A DNA stretch of 64,000 nt, taken from assembly GCA_963674945.2 (NCBI GenBank), contig CAXXWQ010000004.1:32001-96000 (forward strand). Direction: 5' to 3'. Each line of letters opens with the position of its first letter. Within the stretch, counting starts at the first letter, position 1. The DNA comes from an uncultured Desulfosarcina sp. (GTDB lineage Bacteria > Desulfobacterota > Desulfobacteria > Desulfobacterales > Desulfosarcinaceae). The translations under genes and the position numbers were made by a program. Below are positions 34,789-43,085 of this stretch, one piece after another. The notes beneath the pieces are model-generated. The model saw only the letters and a program-made list of their open reading frames with translations, ran no database searches and was not told the DNA's origin.

Positions 34789-35005
34789 AAGAAGATTCCT
34801 GGATGATTTTCGACAGTAATTTGCAAATGCTCTAAAAATGGTTTTGATTATGAAGATATCGTCGATTTGTCAAATTGATTGTTTCGATCCATCGTTGGTC
34901 AACAATTGAAAAAGCCCATCTGGAAAGAAAGCAGCCCAATGAGCGAAGCGCTTTTGCGGATATCTGACATTGGTAATTTCGATTGTTTTGATTTTCTATA
35001 TATAT

Positions 35006-36661
35006 CCTGAATCAGTGGCCTAATTTTTGCTGTTAGGATTGGCGCGGGGCGATTGCCTCACACACCATCATTTGTTGATAATTTTTCTCACTATTTTCAA
35101 ATTTCGAAGGAATTTTGCTCCTGTTTCTCATTCTTTAGCCATAGCAAATCACCAAGCAAATGCCTGTAAAATTGTTCTTTTAAAAATTATAGCTACTTCA
35201 TAGCGGAAAGCAAATTCAGACGAAGATAAATCCGATCCATCAGTTTGGAAAATGGATTGAGTTGGCCAAAGGATATGTACCATTTTCTACTTCTGGTTAC
35301 TAATCGACCGGCCATATACATCAAGTCCTGCATGACTGTCCGGATTCGACGCCGGGTAACTTTCTTCCGGCGTATACCGGGCAATTCAGTCGGATCACTC
35401 TCTTCGATGCTGATTTGTCCGATAATCCGTAGCATGTTGTACGTCAGCATCGCCAAATGAAGAATCAAGCTATTGGTGGAAAAATGACCGCTCGGCAAGC
35501 GCTCCAGGCCCATGTCGGATTTGAGTTCGGAGTGAAACTGCTCGCTGGTACCGTGATCGTGATAAAGTCGAATCACCTCATCCGGTGGCAACTGTGCGAG
35601 GCTGCACCAATAGGTATCGATCTGATACTCGGGGAACAGCAGTACTTGGCCCTTTTTGGTATGCCTTTCGGTAACCTCAAAGATGATTGGGTAGCGCAAT
35701 GGATTGCCGTTGATGTCTTCAATCGTCTTTCCGATCCATACACATTTTCCTGAGCGGCAATGCTGTTGCTTGCCGGATTTTTTTGCCAGATCAACCCACT
35801 TTTGAACAGATTCTCTACGCAAATTGCGTTTGATGATAAAGTGGACATTCTTTCGTGAATCGTCAGGAAAGTTGTCTTGACTGTCGTTTCCTGAATCCAA
35901 CCTCATCAAAATAGGCTGATCGGTAATTTGCCTGGCATAATCCAAGGTGGCGTTGATAAATTCGGGGGTGTTTTTCTGGCAGTGTTGTTTTCCTTCTCTG
36001 AACTCAAGATTCACCAGATACCCCTCGGTGCCCAGGTAGGCAAAGATCGGAGCGAAGCCATCCGTGCCTTTGTAGGTTCTGGAAACGCCTTCCTTTTGAG
36101 TCTTTGAGTTGTCAAACGGACTCACATCCATATCCAAAGGAAGGAAATCACCCGCACTGGTTTGGATGGGTGAAATCGCCGGAGCGCAGGATCGAACCAA
36201 ATCAACGCCTGCATCCTTAATCAGCTTATCGGCTTGGTTGCCGATCAAATCGATTCGCTGACGCAATGTCGGGCTTGACGGGCATGCACGATTGCCAATG
36301 GCCTTGTTGAAAAATTCTTGCTTCTCACGAAAAATCTCGATCGCATCGTAATCAGGTTTACCAATACTCATGAGAGCAATCATCGAAGCTAAAATGTCAC
36401 CATGAGAAATTTTCGGGTCTACACAATGGACGCCGTTGATCTTTTCGAAACGGAACCTGAAATTTATCGCATCAAGTAATGCGCCGATATTGATCAATCC
36501 GCTATGACTGGCAAGTTTTTCCATCTCGTGTTTTATGGTGATCGGACGCCGCATTGATTTCACCTCCGAAGTGAGCGTTTAGTGCCCTAATATTACCATA
36601 ATATATATGTTTTATCAATTGGTTATAGTGTTTTAATCAGGTTTTGTGCCACGGAAACAGG
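35006..36661 (-). mobile_element. IS1380-family insertion sequence (1656 bp)
   Basis: Imperfect 14-bp inverted repeats CCTGAATCAGTGGC (35006-35019) and GCCACGGAAACAGG (36648-36661); TATAT direct repeat on both sides; intact transposase inside. Confidence 0.88.
35193..36563 (-). CDS. IS1380-family DDE transposase
   Basis: LDMDVSPFDNS, EGVSRTYKG, RLDSGND, YHDHGTSEQFHSELKSD. Confidence 0.93.
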   Translation of the reverse strand: MKSMRRPITIKHEMEKLASHSGLINIGALLDAINFRFRFEKINGVHCVDPKISHGDILASMIALMSIGKPDYDAIEIFREKQEFFNKAIGNRACPSSPTLRQRIDLIGNQADKLIKDAGVDLVRSCAPAISPIQTSAGDFLPLDMDVSPFDNSKTQKEGVSRTYKGTDGFAPIFAYLGTEGYLVNLEFREGKQHCQKNTPEFINATLDYARQITDQPILMRLDSGNDSQDNFPDDSRKNVHFIIKRNLRRESVQKWVDLAKKSGKQQHCRSGKCVWIGKTIEDINGNPLRYPIIFEVTERHTKKGQVLLFPEYQIDTYWCSLAQLPPDEVIRLYHDHGTSEQFHSELKSDMGLERLPSGHFSTNSLILHLAMLTYNMLRIIGQISIEESDPTELPGIRRKKVTRRRIRTVMQDLMYMAGRLVTRSRKWYISFGQLNPFSKLMDRIYLRLNLLSAMK

Positions 36662-37005
36662 TATATATTAACGATTGGACTTTCTGGAACCTGCATCCTA
36701 TAAATTTTGCCTTGTATTTTATAAGGAGGATTGCGCCGCAACCGCACTCTCCGATGATTCCGTCGCATTGACGGGAACCCACAGATGCACAGTGATCTTT
36801 GTTGCGGATGAAACGCATGAAACCGAACGAATTTCACCCGGTGGCGACGGAGACATCCTGTGGGGCCGTTAAAGAAAATAGAAATGCCCCTACCCCGAAC
36901 ATATCGTGAGATTATTCGGAGATCGTAGTGGGTCGAAAATCGAGTCCATCGCCAGAGATGGTGGGACAAAATGTGTTTGACGAAAAAATTTCGCTAATCA
37001 TGCAT

Positions 37006-37060
37006 AGGTTCTTCCTCCCTTGTGCCGTTAAGAGGCTTTTCTGGAGGAAGAACCTTTTTT
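37006..37060 (+). terminator. Terminator-like hairpin with no evident upstream gene
   Basis: 13-bp perfect stem AGGTTCTTCCTCC/GGAGGAAGAACCT followed by a T run. Confidence 0.55.
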
Positions 37061-37136
37061 ATTACTCGCAGAAAGATATGGATTTATTATAAAATTAGAG
37101 ATTTTTACATTTATTTGTATTTTTGCTGTTTTCCTT

Positions 37137-37265
37137 ATGAGGATTGAATTTTTTGATATGGGACTCGCTAAGGCAAAAGGAGGAATCGATGCCTTTCTTT
37201 CGGGAGAACCTTTCCCAAAAGGTTGCCCATACACAGGGTTAATGCAAGCATTCCTTGGTCATTGA
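37137..37265 (+). pseudogene. Fragment of an SsuA/NrtA-type ABC substrate-binding protein
   Basis: Frame reads MRIEFFDMGLAKAKGGIDAFLSGEPFP, matching the ALxxGxIDAxxxxEPF segment of this family, then degenerates. Confidence 0.45.
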
Positions 37266-37350
37266 GAATATCACCCTGATGCCAGAGGCAAGATCAAAAC
37301 CTTGTTCTAAGAAATTGAAGTTGTAAAACAGGTGTGGTAAGGCTTCACTC

Positions 37351-38844
37351 ATGCATAAGCAAATTCTCATTTTCTTTACTGTGGTTCACTTTGTGTCCAT
37401 GGCGGGATTAGCGGCGTACGGTCTTCATCGGCTCTGGATGATGTGGTGCCGGTTCCGGATCTCACCGGCTTCGCCCCCGGTTTTGAATCTGCCGCAAGCT
37501 ACGAGTCCCCTTGTTACGGTTCAGATTCCGCTATACAATGAGCCAAGAGTGGCGAGACGTATCATCGATGCGGTAGCAGCCCTGGACTGGCCCGAAGAGA
37601 AACTTCAGATCCAGGTACTGGATGATTCCAATGATGAGACACGTACCATCACAAGGCAACGAGCAGCGTTTTGGCGGCGAAAAGGAAAATGTATATCCGT
37701 AATTTGCCGGCACCATCGCATCGGATATAAGGCCGGTGCCCTTTCCGAAGGATTGAAACGGGCATCCGGTGAGTTTATTGCGGTCTTTGACGCGGATTTT
37801 GTACCGACGCCGGATTTTTTAAAAAAAACGATCCCTTACTTTGAGCGATCGAATATCGGGATGGTACAGGCCCGGTGGGCGTTTCTCAATGCGAACTACT
37901 CCTGGCTCACCCGACTCCAGGCCCTTTTGTTGTCGGCCCATTTTGGTATCGAACATCGTGTTCGCTGCCATCGCAGGCTATTTTTCAATTTCAACGGCAC
38001 TGCGGGAATCTGGCGAAAAAGAGCCATTGAATCCGCCGGCGGTTGGCAGTCGGATACCGTCACCGAAGATCTTGATCTGAGTTATCGGGCACAACTCATG
38101 GGATGGCGGTTTGTGTATGTCCATGATGTTCTTGTTCCTTCGGAACTTCCGGTAACTTTGGCGGATTTTCGCAGCCAGCAGGAAAGATGGAGCAAGGGGG
38201 CCATACAAACCGCAAGAAAACTCTTGCCCCGGGTGCTGTCCGCTTCCCTTCCCTTATCCGTTAAGTTGGAGGCGGTTGCCCATCTTCTGGCAAATTGTTG
38301 CTGGATATTCGGCTTCTCCGCCACGTTGACGCTTTACCCGGTACTGCTTCACCGCATCGGCATCGGCGTGCATCAGGTGTTGTGGATTGATCTCCCCTTA
38401 TTTGCATTTACGGGCGGTGTGGTACTATTTTATTATCTGGCGTATGGCCTAAAATCCGGGTTGCGGTCATCCCTTTTTGCCCTGCCGTTGTTACCGGCAG
38501 CCAGTATCGGCCTGGCCCCTTTTTTCTCACTCGCTGTGATAAAGGGAGTGATCCAAAAAGGCGGTGTGTTCACTCGCACCCCAAAGTTCGGAATTGTAGA
38601 AAACACGAACAGGCGATCATTTTATTTTTCCGGCCCCGAAAAATCTTTTTCCCATCTTCTTACGAATCTTTCCCTATTTACCTACATGCTGGCCCCGGTC
38701 TTTTTTTCATTTAACCGGGGGACCTGGCCGGCGGTGCCTTTTTTGTGCCTGTTTCCGGCCGGATTTCTTTTGATGATCGTTTGTGATCTTCAGGAATATG
38801 TTTCCGGGCGGCGAAAAAGAGTGAGCACCGGTTTATTAGATTAG
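37351..38844 (+). CDS. Processive GT2 glycosyltransferase (cellulose-synthase-like)
   Basis: QIPLYNE, VLDDS, GYKAGAL, FDADF, TEDLDLS, QQERW (QxxRW), C-terminal TM helices. Confidence 0.92.
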   Translation: MHKQILIFFTVVHFVSMAGLAAYGLHRLWMMWCRFRISPASPPVLNLPQATSPLVTVQIPLYNEPRVARRIIDAVAALDWPEEKLQIQVLDDSNDETRTITRQRAAFWRRKGKCISVICRHHRIGYKAGALSEGLKRASGEFIAVFDADFVPTPDFLKKTIPYFERSNIGMVQARWAFLNANYSWLTRLQALLLSAHFGIEHRVRCHRRLFFNFNGTAGIWRKRAIESAGGWQSDTVTEDLDLSYRAQLMGWRFVYVHDVLVPSELPVTLADFRSQQERWSKGAIQTARKLLPRVLSASLPLSVKLEAVAHLLANCCWIFGFSATLTLYPVLLHRIGIGVHQVLWIDLPLFAFTGGVVLFYYLAYGLKSGLRSSLFALPLLPAASIGLAPFFSLAVIKGVIQKGGVFTRTPKFGIVENTNRRSFYFSGPEKSFSHLLTNLSLFTYMLAPVFFSFNRGTWPAVPFLCLFPAGFLLMIVCDLQEYVSGRRKRVSTGLLD

Positions 38845-38975
38845 AATGATAGCTTATTCACTATTTGTAACAAACTGGTAAAAAAATAACATCTTCTAAA
38901 GTATATGCCAAAAGATATTGATTCAACTTTCGCAAAACGTTTTCGCCAGCATGCTGTGCAGCTTATCTGTAATCG

Positions 38976-39851
38976 ATGAAATTACCCGATAATCTGAAAA
39001 ATATTTCTCCGGGACTTCCCGTTTGGGCGCAAATAATGGCAAGATTTTTGTTCTCGTTGCTCTATGTCTATGAACGATGCCGATCACGATTGCATTCCGG
39101 AGAGATGAAGAAAACCTTCTCTTCCCTGTCTGTGTCGGTGATCATACCGACCCTCAACGAAGAGAAAAATATCATCAAATGCATCCGCTCGGTTTCCGGC
39201 AACGGGCATGTTCTCGAAATCATCGTGGTGGATGCCGGCTCAAAGGATCAGACCCGCTTGTTTTCACGTGAGGCCGGCGCCCGTGTAATGATTCATGATC
39301 ACCCCATCGAAAACGGCGGTGGCCGGGGCGGGCAGATCAAAGCCGGAATACATTCCGCCAGAGGCGATGTGGTGGTGATCCTGCATGCCGATGCCATATT
39401 GCCGGATGCGGAAATCAATCGAATAATACAAAATCTCAACGAACATCCTTCCGTGATCGGCGGATCGGTAGGGTGTCGATTTACCTCGTCCAAACCTCAA
39501 TTTCGACTCATCGAGTTGGCCAATGATTTTAGGGCCGCCTTTCTTAAAATCAGTTTTGGCGATCAGGTACAGTTCTTTCGCAGACAGCCCGTGGTCGACC
39601 ATGATCTTTTTCCGGTAATTCCGTTAATGGAAGATGTCGAATTTTCCATAAGACTTCATCGTCTGGGACGGCAACTGCATCTGTTTGGCAATGTGATGGT
39701 TTCGAACAGGCGGTGGGAGAATGTCGGATTTAAAAACGCGCGGTGGATTTTTATGCAGGTTCTCAAATATCTGATAACGCGTCTGTGGTCAGTGCCGGAC
39801 ACGGCAAACCTGTATAAAAAATATTATAATACCGAACCATCTAAATCCTGA
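38976..39851 (+). CDS. GT2 glycosyltransferase, TIGR04283-like (arsenosugar / rSAM-selenodomain-associated)
   Basis: SVIIPTLNEE, VVDAGSKD, LHADA, FGDQVQF, PLMEDVEFS, SNRRW. Confidence 0.8.
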   Translation: MKLPDNLKNISPGLPVWAQIMARFLFSLLYVYERCRSRLHSGEMKKTFSSLSVSVIIPTLNEEKNIIKCIRSVSGNGHVLEIIVVDAGSKDQTRLFSREAGARVMIHDHPIENGGGRGGQIKAGIHSARGDVVVILHADAILPDAEINRIIQNLNEHPSVIGGSVGCRFTSSKPQFRLIELANDFRAAFLKISFGDQVQFFRRQPVVDHDLFPVIPLMEDVEFSIRLHRLGRQLHLFGNVMVSNRRWENVGFKNARWIFMQVLKYLITRLWSVPDTANLYKKYYNTEPSKS

Positions 39852-39900
39852 TCCGTTTTACCCGGTCTGCGAACGGCCATTCCAACCGAAACTGATCGTT

Positions 39901-41334
39901 TCAAATTTTCTTGTACCTGCGGCAAGCTCGACAATCGCTCAACGCAGGTCCAATGATGGTGCCGATGGCAAGGGCACTGGCCGGTGCGATGACAACCAGA
40001 AGCGGGACCAGGTCGTCTTCCATCCATTGCCCTGTCAGGCCGTATAAAATTACCACACGGTAGGCAAGAAAGATGGACCAGGAAAAGACGATTCCGGCAG
40101 GTCCGGCGGCAAACGGGAGAAATGCGACCATATATAAGACATACCAGGGATGAAGCGTCGGCGTCAAAAATAGAAATGCCATGGCAGACAGGTAAAAACA
40201 CTTAGATATCTCTTGCATTCGGAAAAGAGAAGACGAATGGTCTGTTTTACAATGACGAACATAAATGATGACCAACGCGGTAACAAAGACGACGACAATG
40301 ACAAGGCGTGCCGCAACGCCCGATCCTGTCGCCACCCTCAGCCATCGGAAGAGGAACCCTGAAAACTCCCAGTTGGCAGCATATATGAATAAGGTATGAA
40401 AAGATGTTCGCACTTCCGGCCAGAAAAGGACGAACATTGCTGTTGAACTGATCAGAAATCCGAACACCATGTGCTTCCTGCTGCCTGAACCGGTTATCAG
40501 CAGAATTCCCGGCAAAAAAATCAGAGGGATCCATTTGGTTAACACCGCCAGGGAAAGAAAGATTCCCGCGGCACACCCCGGTAGCCACGCCCAATTGGAT
40601 ACAAAAATACCCCATGGTTTCCTTTTCGACCGATATACGGTGGGTTGGCTGGGTGCTTCATTGGAGAGCAGAATAAGAAGGGTCACGAGTAAAAAGAAAA
40701 TTGCCGCCGCGTCGACATGGCCGGATGCGGCAACTTCAATAACCGGCAGGGGATGCCAGGCATAAAGGATGGCGTTGGCGCGTGGCAGGCGAATCTTGTC
40801 GAGTATCCCGATAATAACAACACAACTGGATAGGTCAACCATGACAAGGCATAATTTCATTCCGGTAACATTGCCGATGAATGCACCAACGGCAAACACG
40901 AACTGTGCCGCAGGAGGATAAATGGTAAAAAGTTCCGCGTGATTGATCCGGCTGATGAGCAAAGCCATTGCCCGATTGTCGGTCAGCATTTCAGCGGGAG
41001 GGGCCGCATAGGGGTTGTGACCATCGAGAAACATCAGGCCGTCGAACAGATAGCGGTATATATCATCGGACAGCTCCGGTGCGCGAAATAAGAACAGGAA
41101 GCGCACGGTGGCGGCGATAAGAAGAATAAAACCGGCGGACCATTCAATTTGAATCCGCTGGCTGAGAAACAACGCCAGCGAAATAAGAATGATAATGACG
41201 GCGCTCACGGCAACAAGCTCCGGCACAAAATTTCGCAGATCAGGCAGTAACGCCAACAGTAGATATAAAAGGAAAATAACGAGGGGGAGGCTTTTAATAA
41301 CGAGTTGATTCCGGAATCGAAGGAAATTCGTCAT
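39901..41334 (-). CDS. GT-C membrane glycosyltransferase (GT87-like)
   Basis: LSDDIYRYLFDG, NPY, TIYPP, YAWHPL, SGHVD, LHPWY; polytopic. Confidence 0.78.
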   Translation of the reverse strand: MTNFLRFRNQLVIKSLPLVIFLLYLLLALLPDLRNFVPELVAVSAVIIILISLALFLSQRIQIEWSAGFILLIAATVRFLFLFRAPELSDDIYRYLFDGLMFLDGHNPYAAPPAEMLTDNRAMALLISRINHAELFTIYPPAAQFVFAVGAFIGNVTGMKLCLVMVDLSSCVVIIGILDKIRLPRANAILYAWHPLPVIEVAASGHVDAAAIFFLLVTLLILLSNEAPSQPTVYRSKRKPWGIFVSNWAWLPGCAAGIFLSLAVLTKWIPLIFLPGILLITGSGSRKHMVFGFLISSTAMFVLFWPEVRTSFHTLFIYAANWEFSGFLFRWLRVATGSGVAARLVIVVVFVTALVIIYVRHCKTDHSSSLFRMQEISKCFYLSAMAFLFLTPTLHPWYVLYMVAFLPFAAGPAGIVFSWSIFLAYRVVILYGLTGQWMEDDLVPLLVVIAPASALAIGTIIGPALSDCRACRRYKKI

Positions 41335-41342
41335 TGTCAATC

Positions 41343-42242
41343 TTAATTTGCATAAAAATTCTTTACGCCATGTAGAACATGATAATTGATGGCTTGCCTG
41401 GGGCACCGGTCGACACATAGCCCGCAATTATCGCATAATGCCCAATTAAATTCTGATGGATTGCTTTTTAGTAAACTCGGATCAAGCCCCACGGGGCATA
41501 TTTTTGCACATTCTCTGCATTGAATGCATTTTTCGTTTTCAAGACCGATTCTTACGATGCGCCCCCTTCCAAGAAGGGAAAGACCTCCCCCGGAAGGACA
41601 GAAATACCTGCACCATCCGCGTCGAAGCGCAAATAGATCCAGTAACAATACGAGTGTTAATAATCCTGCACCCGCAATGCTGAGGCGATGATGACTAAAC
41701 AGGTTGATCAATTCACGTCCCAAGGCATGAGGAGGATCGAAGACAGAAATTAAAGCCATTTTCCCAAAAAAACCGACGGCCAGAAGCCCCCCTAAGGCGA
41801 TAAAACGAAAATCCTTTATTTCCAAGGCCTTTTTCCAGACAGCACCTCTCCACCGATCGGGTATCTTCATCAGCAGTTCGAGCAAAAATCCCATGGGACA
41901 AAGCCATGAACAGAACACGCGGCCAAACAAAATCGTAATTCCCAGAGGAAGCAATGCCGCTATGAAAAAAGGCATAATCACTCTTCTATATGACGACACG
42001 GATTCTATAAAGGCAATTGGATGACAAATAAAAAACCCATTGATGGATAAACACCATGTGTCGCCACTTATCGGGAAAATTGTTGGTGGCGGCAGATGTC
42101 CCATGACGATGGACGACGGTGACCAATCAGAAGGATTTTGAGAGAAAAAAGGAACAGCGATAATCGTCAGCAGCATCAGAAGCTGAGTCGTTCGCCTGAT
42201 ATGCGTTATTGTGAGGCCTTTCTTTTTCCTTCTATTTTTCAC
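41343..42242 (-). CDS. NapH/MauN-type membrane ferredoxin
   Basis: GRVFCSWLCPMG, RGWCRYFCPSG and two CxxCxxCxxxCP; GTG start at 42242 overlaps the upstream stop (GTGA). Confidence 0.85.
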   Translation of the reverse strand: MKNRRKKKGLTITHIRRTTQLLMLLTIIAVPFFSQNPSDWSPSSIVMGHLPPPTIFPISGDTWCLSINGFFICHPIAFIESVSSYRRVIMPFFIAALLPLGITILFGRVFCSWLCPMGFLLELLMKIPDRWRGAVWKKALEIKDFRFIALGGLLAVGFFGKMALISVFDPPHALGRELINLFSHHRLSIAGAGLLTLVLLLDLFALRRGWCRYFCPSGGGLSLLGRGRIVRIGLENEKCIQCRECAKICPVGLDPSLLKSNPSEFNWALCDNCGLCVDRCPRQAINYHVLHGVKNFYAN

Positions 42243-42979
42243 TTTTGTTGTTTTCTTTTTATGACGGCAACCGCTGGAAGTGTGGATGTAACAGATCGTT
42301 TGTCGAGGAGTTTTTTGACAAATCCGCCATATCGTTTCTCGTAATAGCCGGATCCGTCTTCTAATGCCGCCGTATCTTCTCTTACGGGACAGATGAAGGT
42401 ACAAACCCCGCATCCGATACAATAGGAAGCATCAATATATGGCGCAAGGTCCCCAATCCCTCCTTCCGGCGGATTTCTCAATAATGCCTTGTCTTTCATG
42501 GGGCAATTAAAGTAGCATTCACCGCAGAATCCAAACTGCCAAGCCACGCATATTTTGCTGTCCAGATCAGCTACCCCGATTTTCAGGTCGTCGGAAAGAT
42601 TTTCGAGTGTTTCTCTATCGTTTCTGATCAGCTTCAGTGCGCCGGTGGGACATGCTTCGCCGCAGCGAAGAAAACGCCCCAGTGTTTTGTTCTCACCATC
42701 TTTCGATACTTCCCGGCATAGGTAGCAGGGTGTCTGCAACGGATCAATAAAAGGCGTATGCACGAGAGCACCGTGTGTTATGTCCAACAAGCGAATGCTG
42801 TCAAAAGGACAAGCCTCGACACACTTGCCGCACCGTATGCATCTTTCCAAAAAGTCGTGGCTCGCTCCGGGAGGTCGTAACACTTCGCAAGCCCCTTTTT
42901 TCGGAATGAAAGCAGCAAACCCGATGATGCCGGTCTGAATCAAAAAGGTTCTCCTGCTTATCACGGGGCGCTTCATCAT
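42239..42979 (-). CDS. NapG/MauM-type Tat-exported polyferredoxin
   Basis: SRRTFL Tat motif, LRPPGA, CIRCGKCVEACP and further 4Fe-4S motifs. Confidence 0.85.
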   Translation of the reverse strand: MMKRPVISRRTFLIQTGIIGFAAFIPKKGACEVLRPPGASHDFLERCIRCGKCVEACPFDSIRLLDITHGALVHTPFIDPLQTPCYLCREVSKDGENKTLGRFLRCGEACPTGALKLIRNDRETLENLSDDLKIGVADLDSKICVAWQFGFCGECYFNCPMKDKALLRNPPEGGIGDLAPYIDASYCIGCGVCTFICPVREDTAALEDGSGYYEKRYGGFVKKLLDKRSVTSTLPAVAVIKRKQQK

Positions 42980-43028
42980 TTGTACTTCACTTACTTTCCG
43001 GGCGTTGCGAAACATCGTCATGGGGTAT

Positions 43029-43069
43029 ATTCCGAATTCACCGCTGATCCAATGCGGTGAATTCGGAAT
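43029..43069. terminator. Intra-operon 16-bp perfect hairpin
   Basis: ATTCCGAATTCACCGC / GCGGTGAATTCGGAAT directly downstream of the receptor stop; no clear U tract. Confidence 0.6.
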
Positions 43070-43085
43070 TAGGGGATGGGACCAG

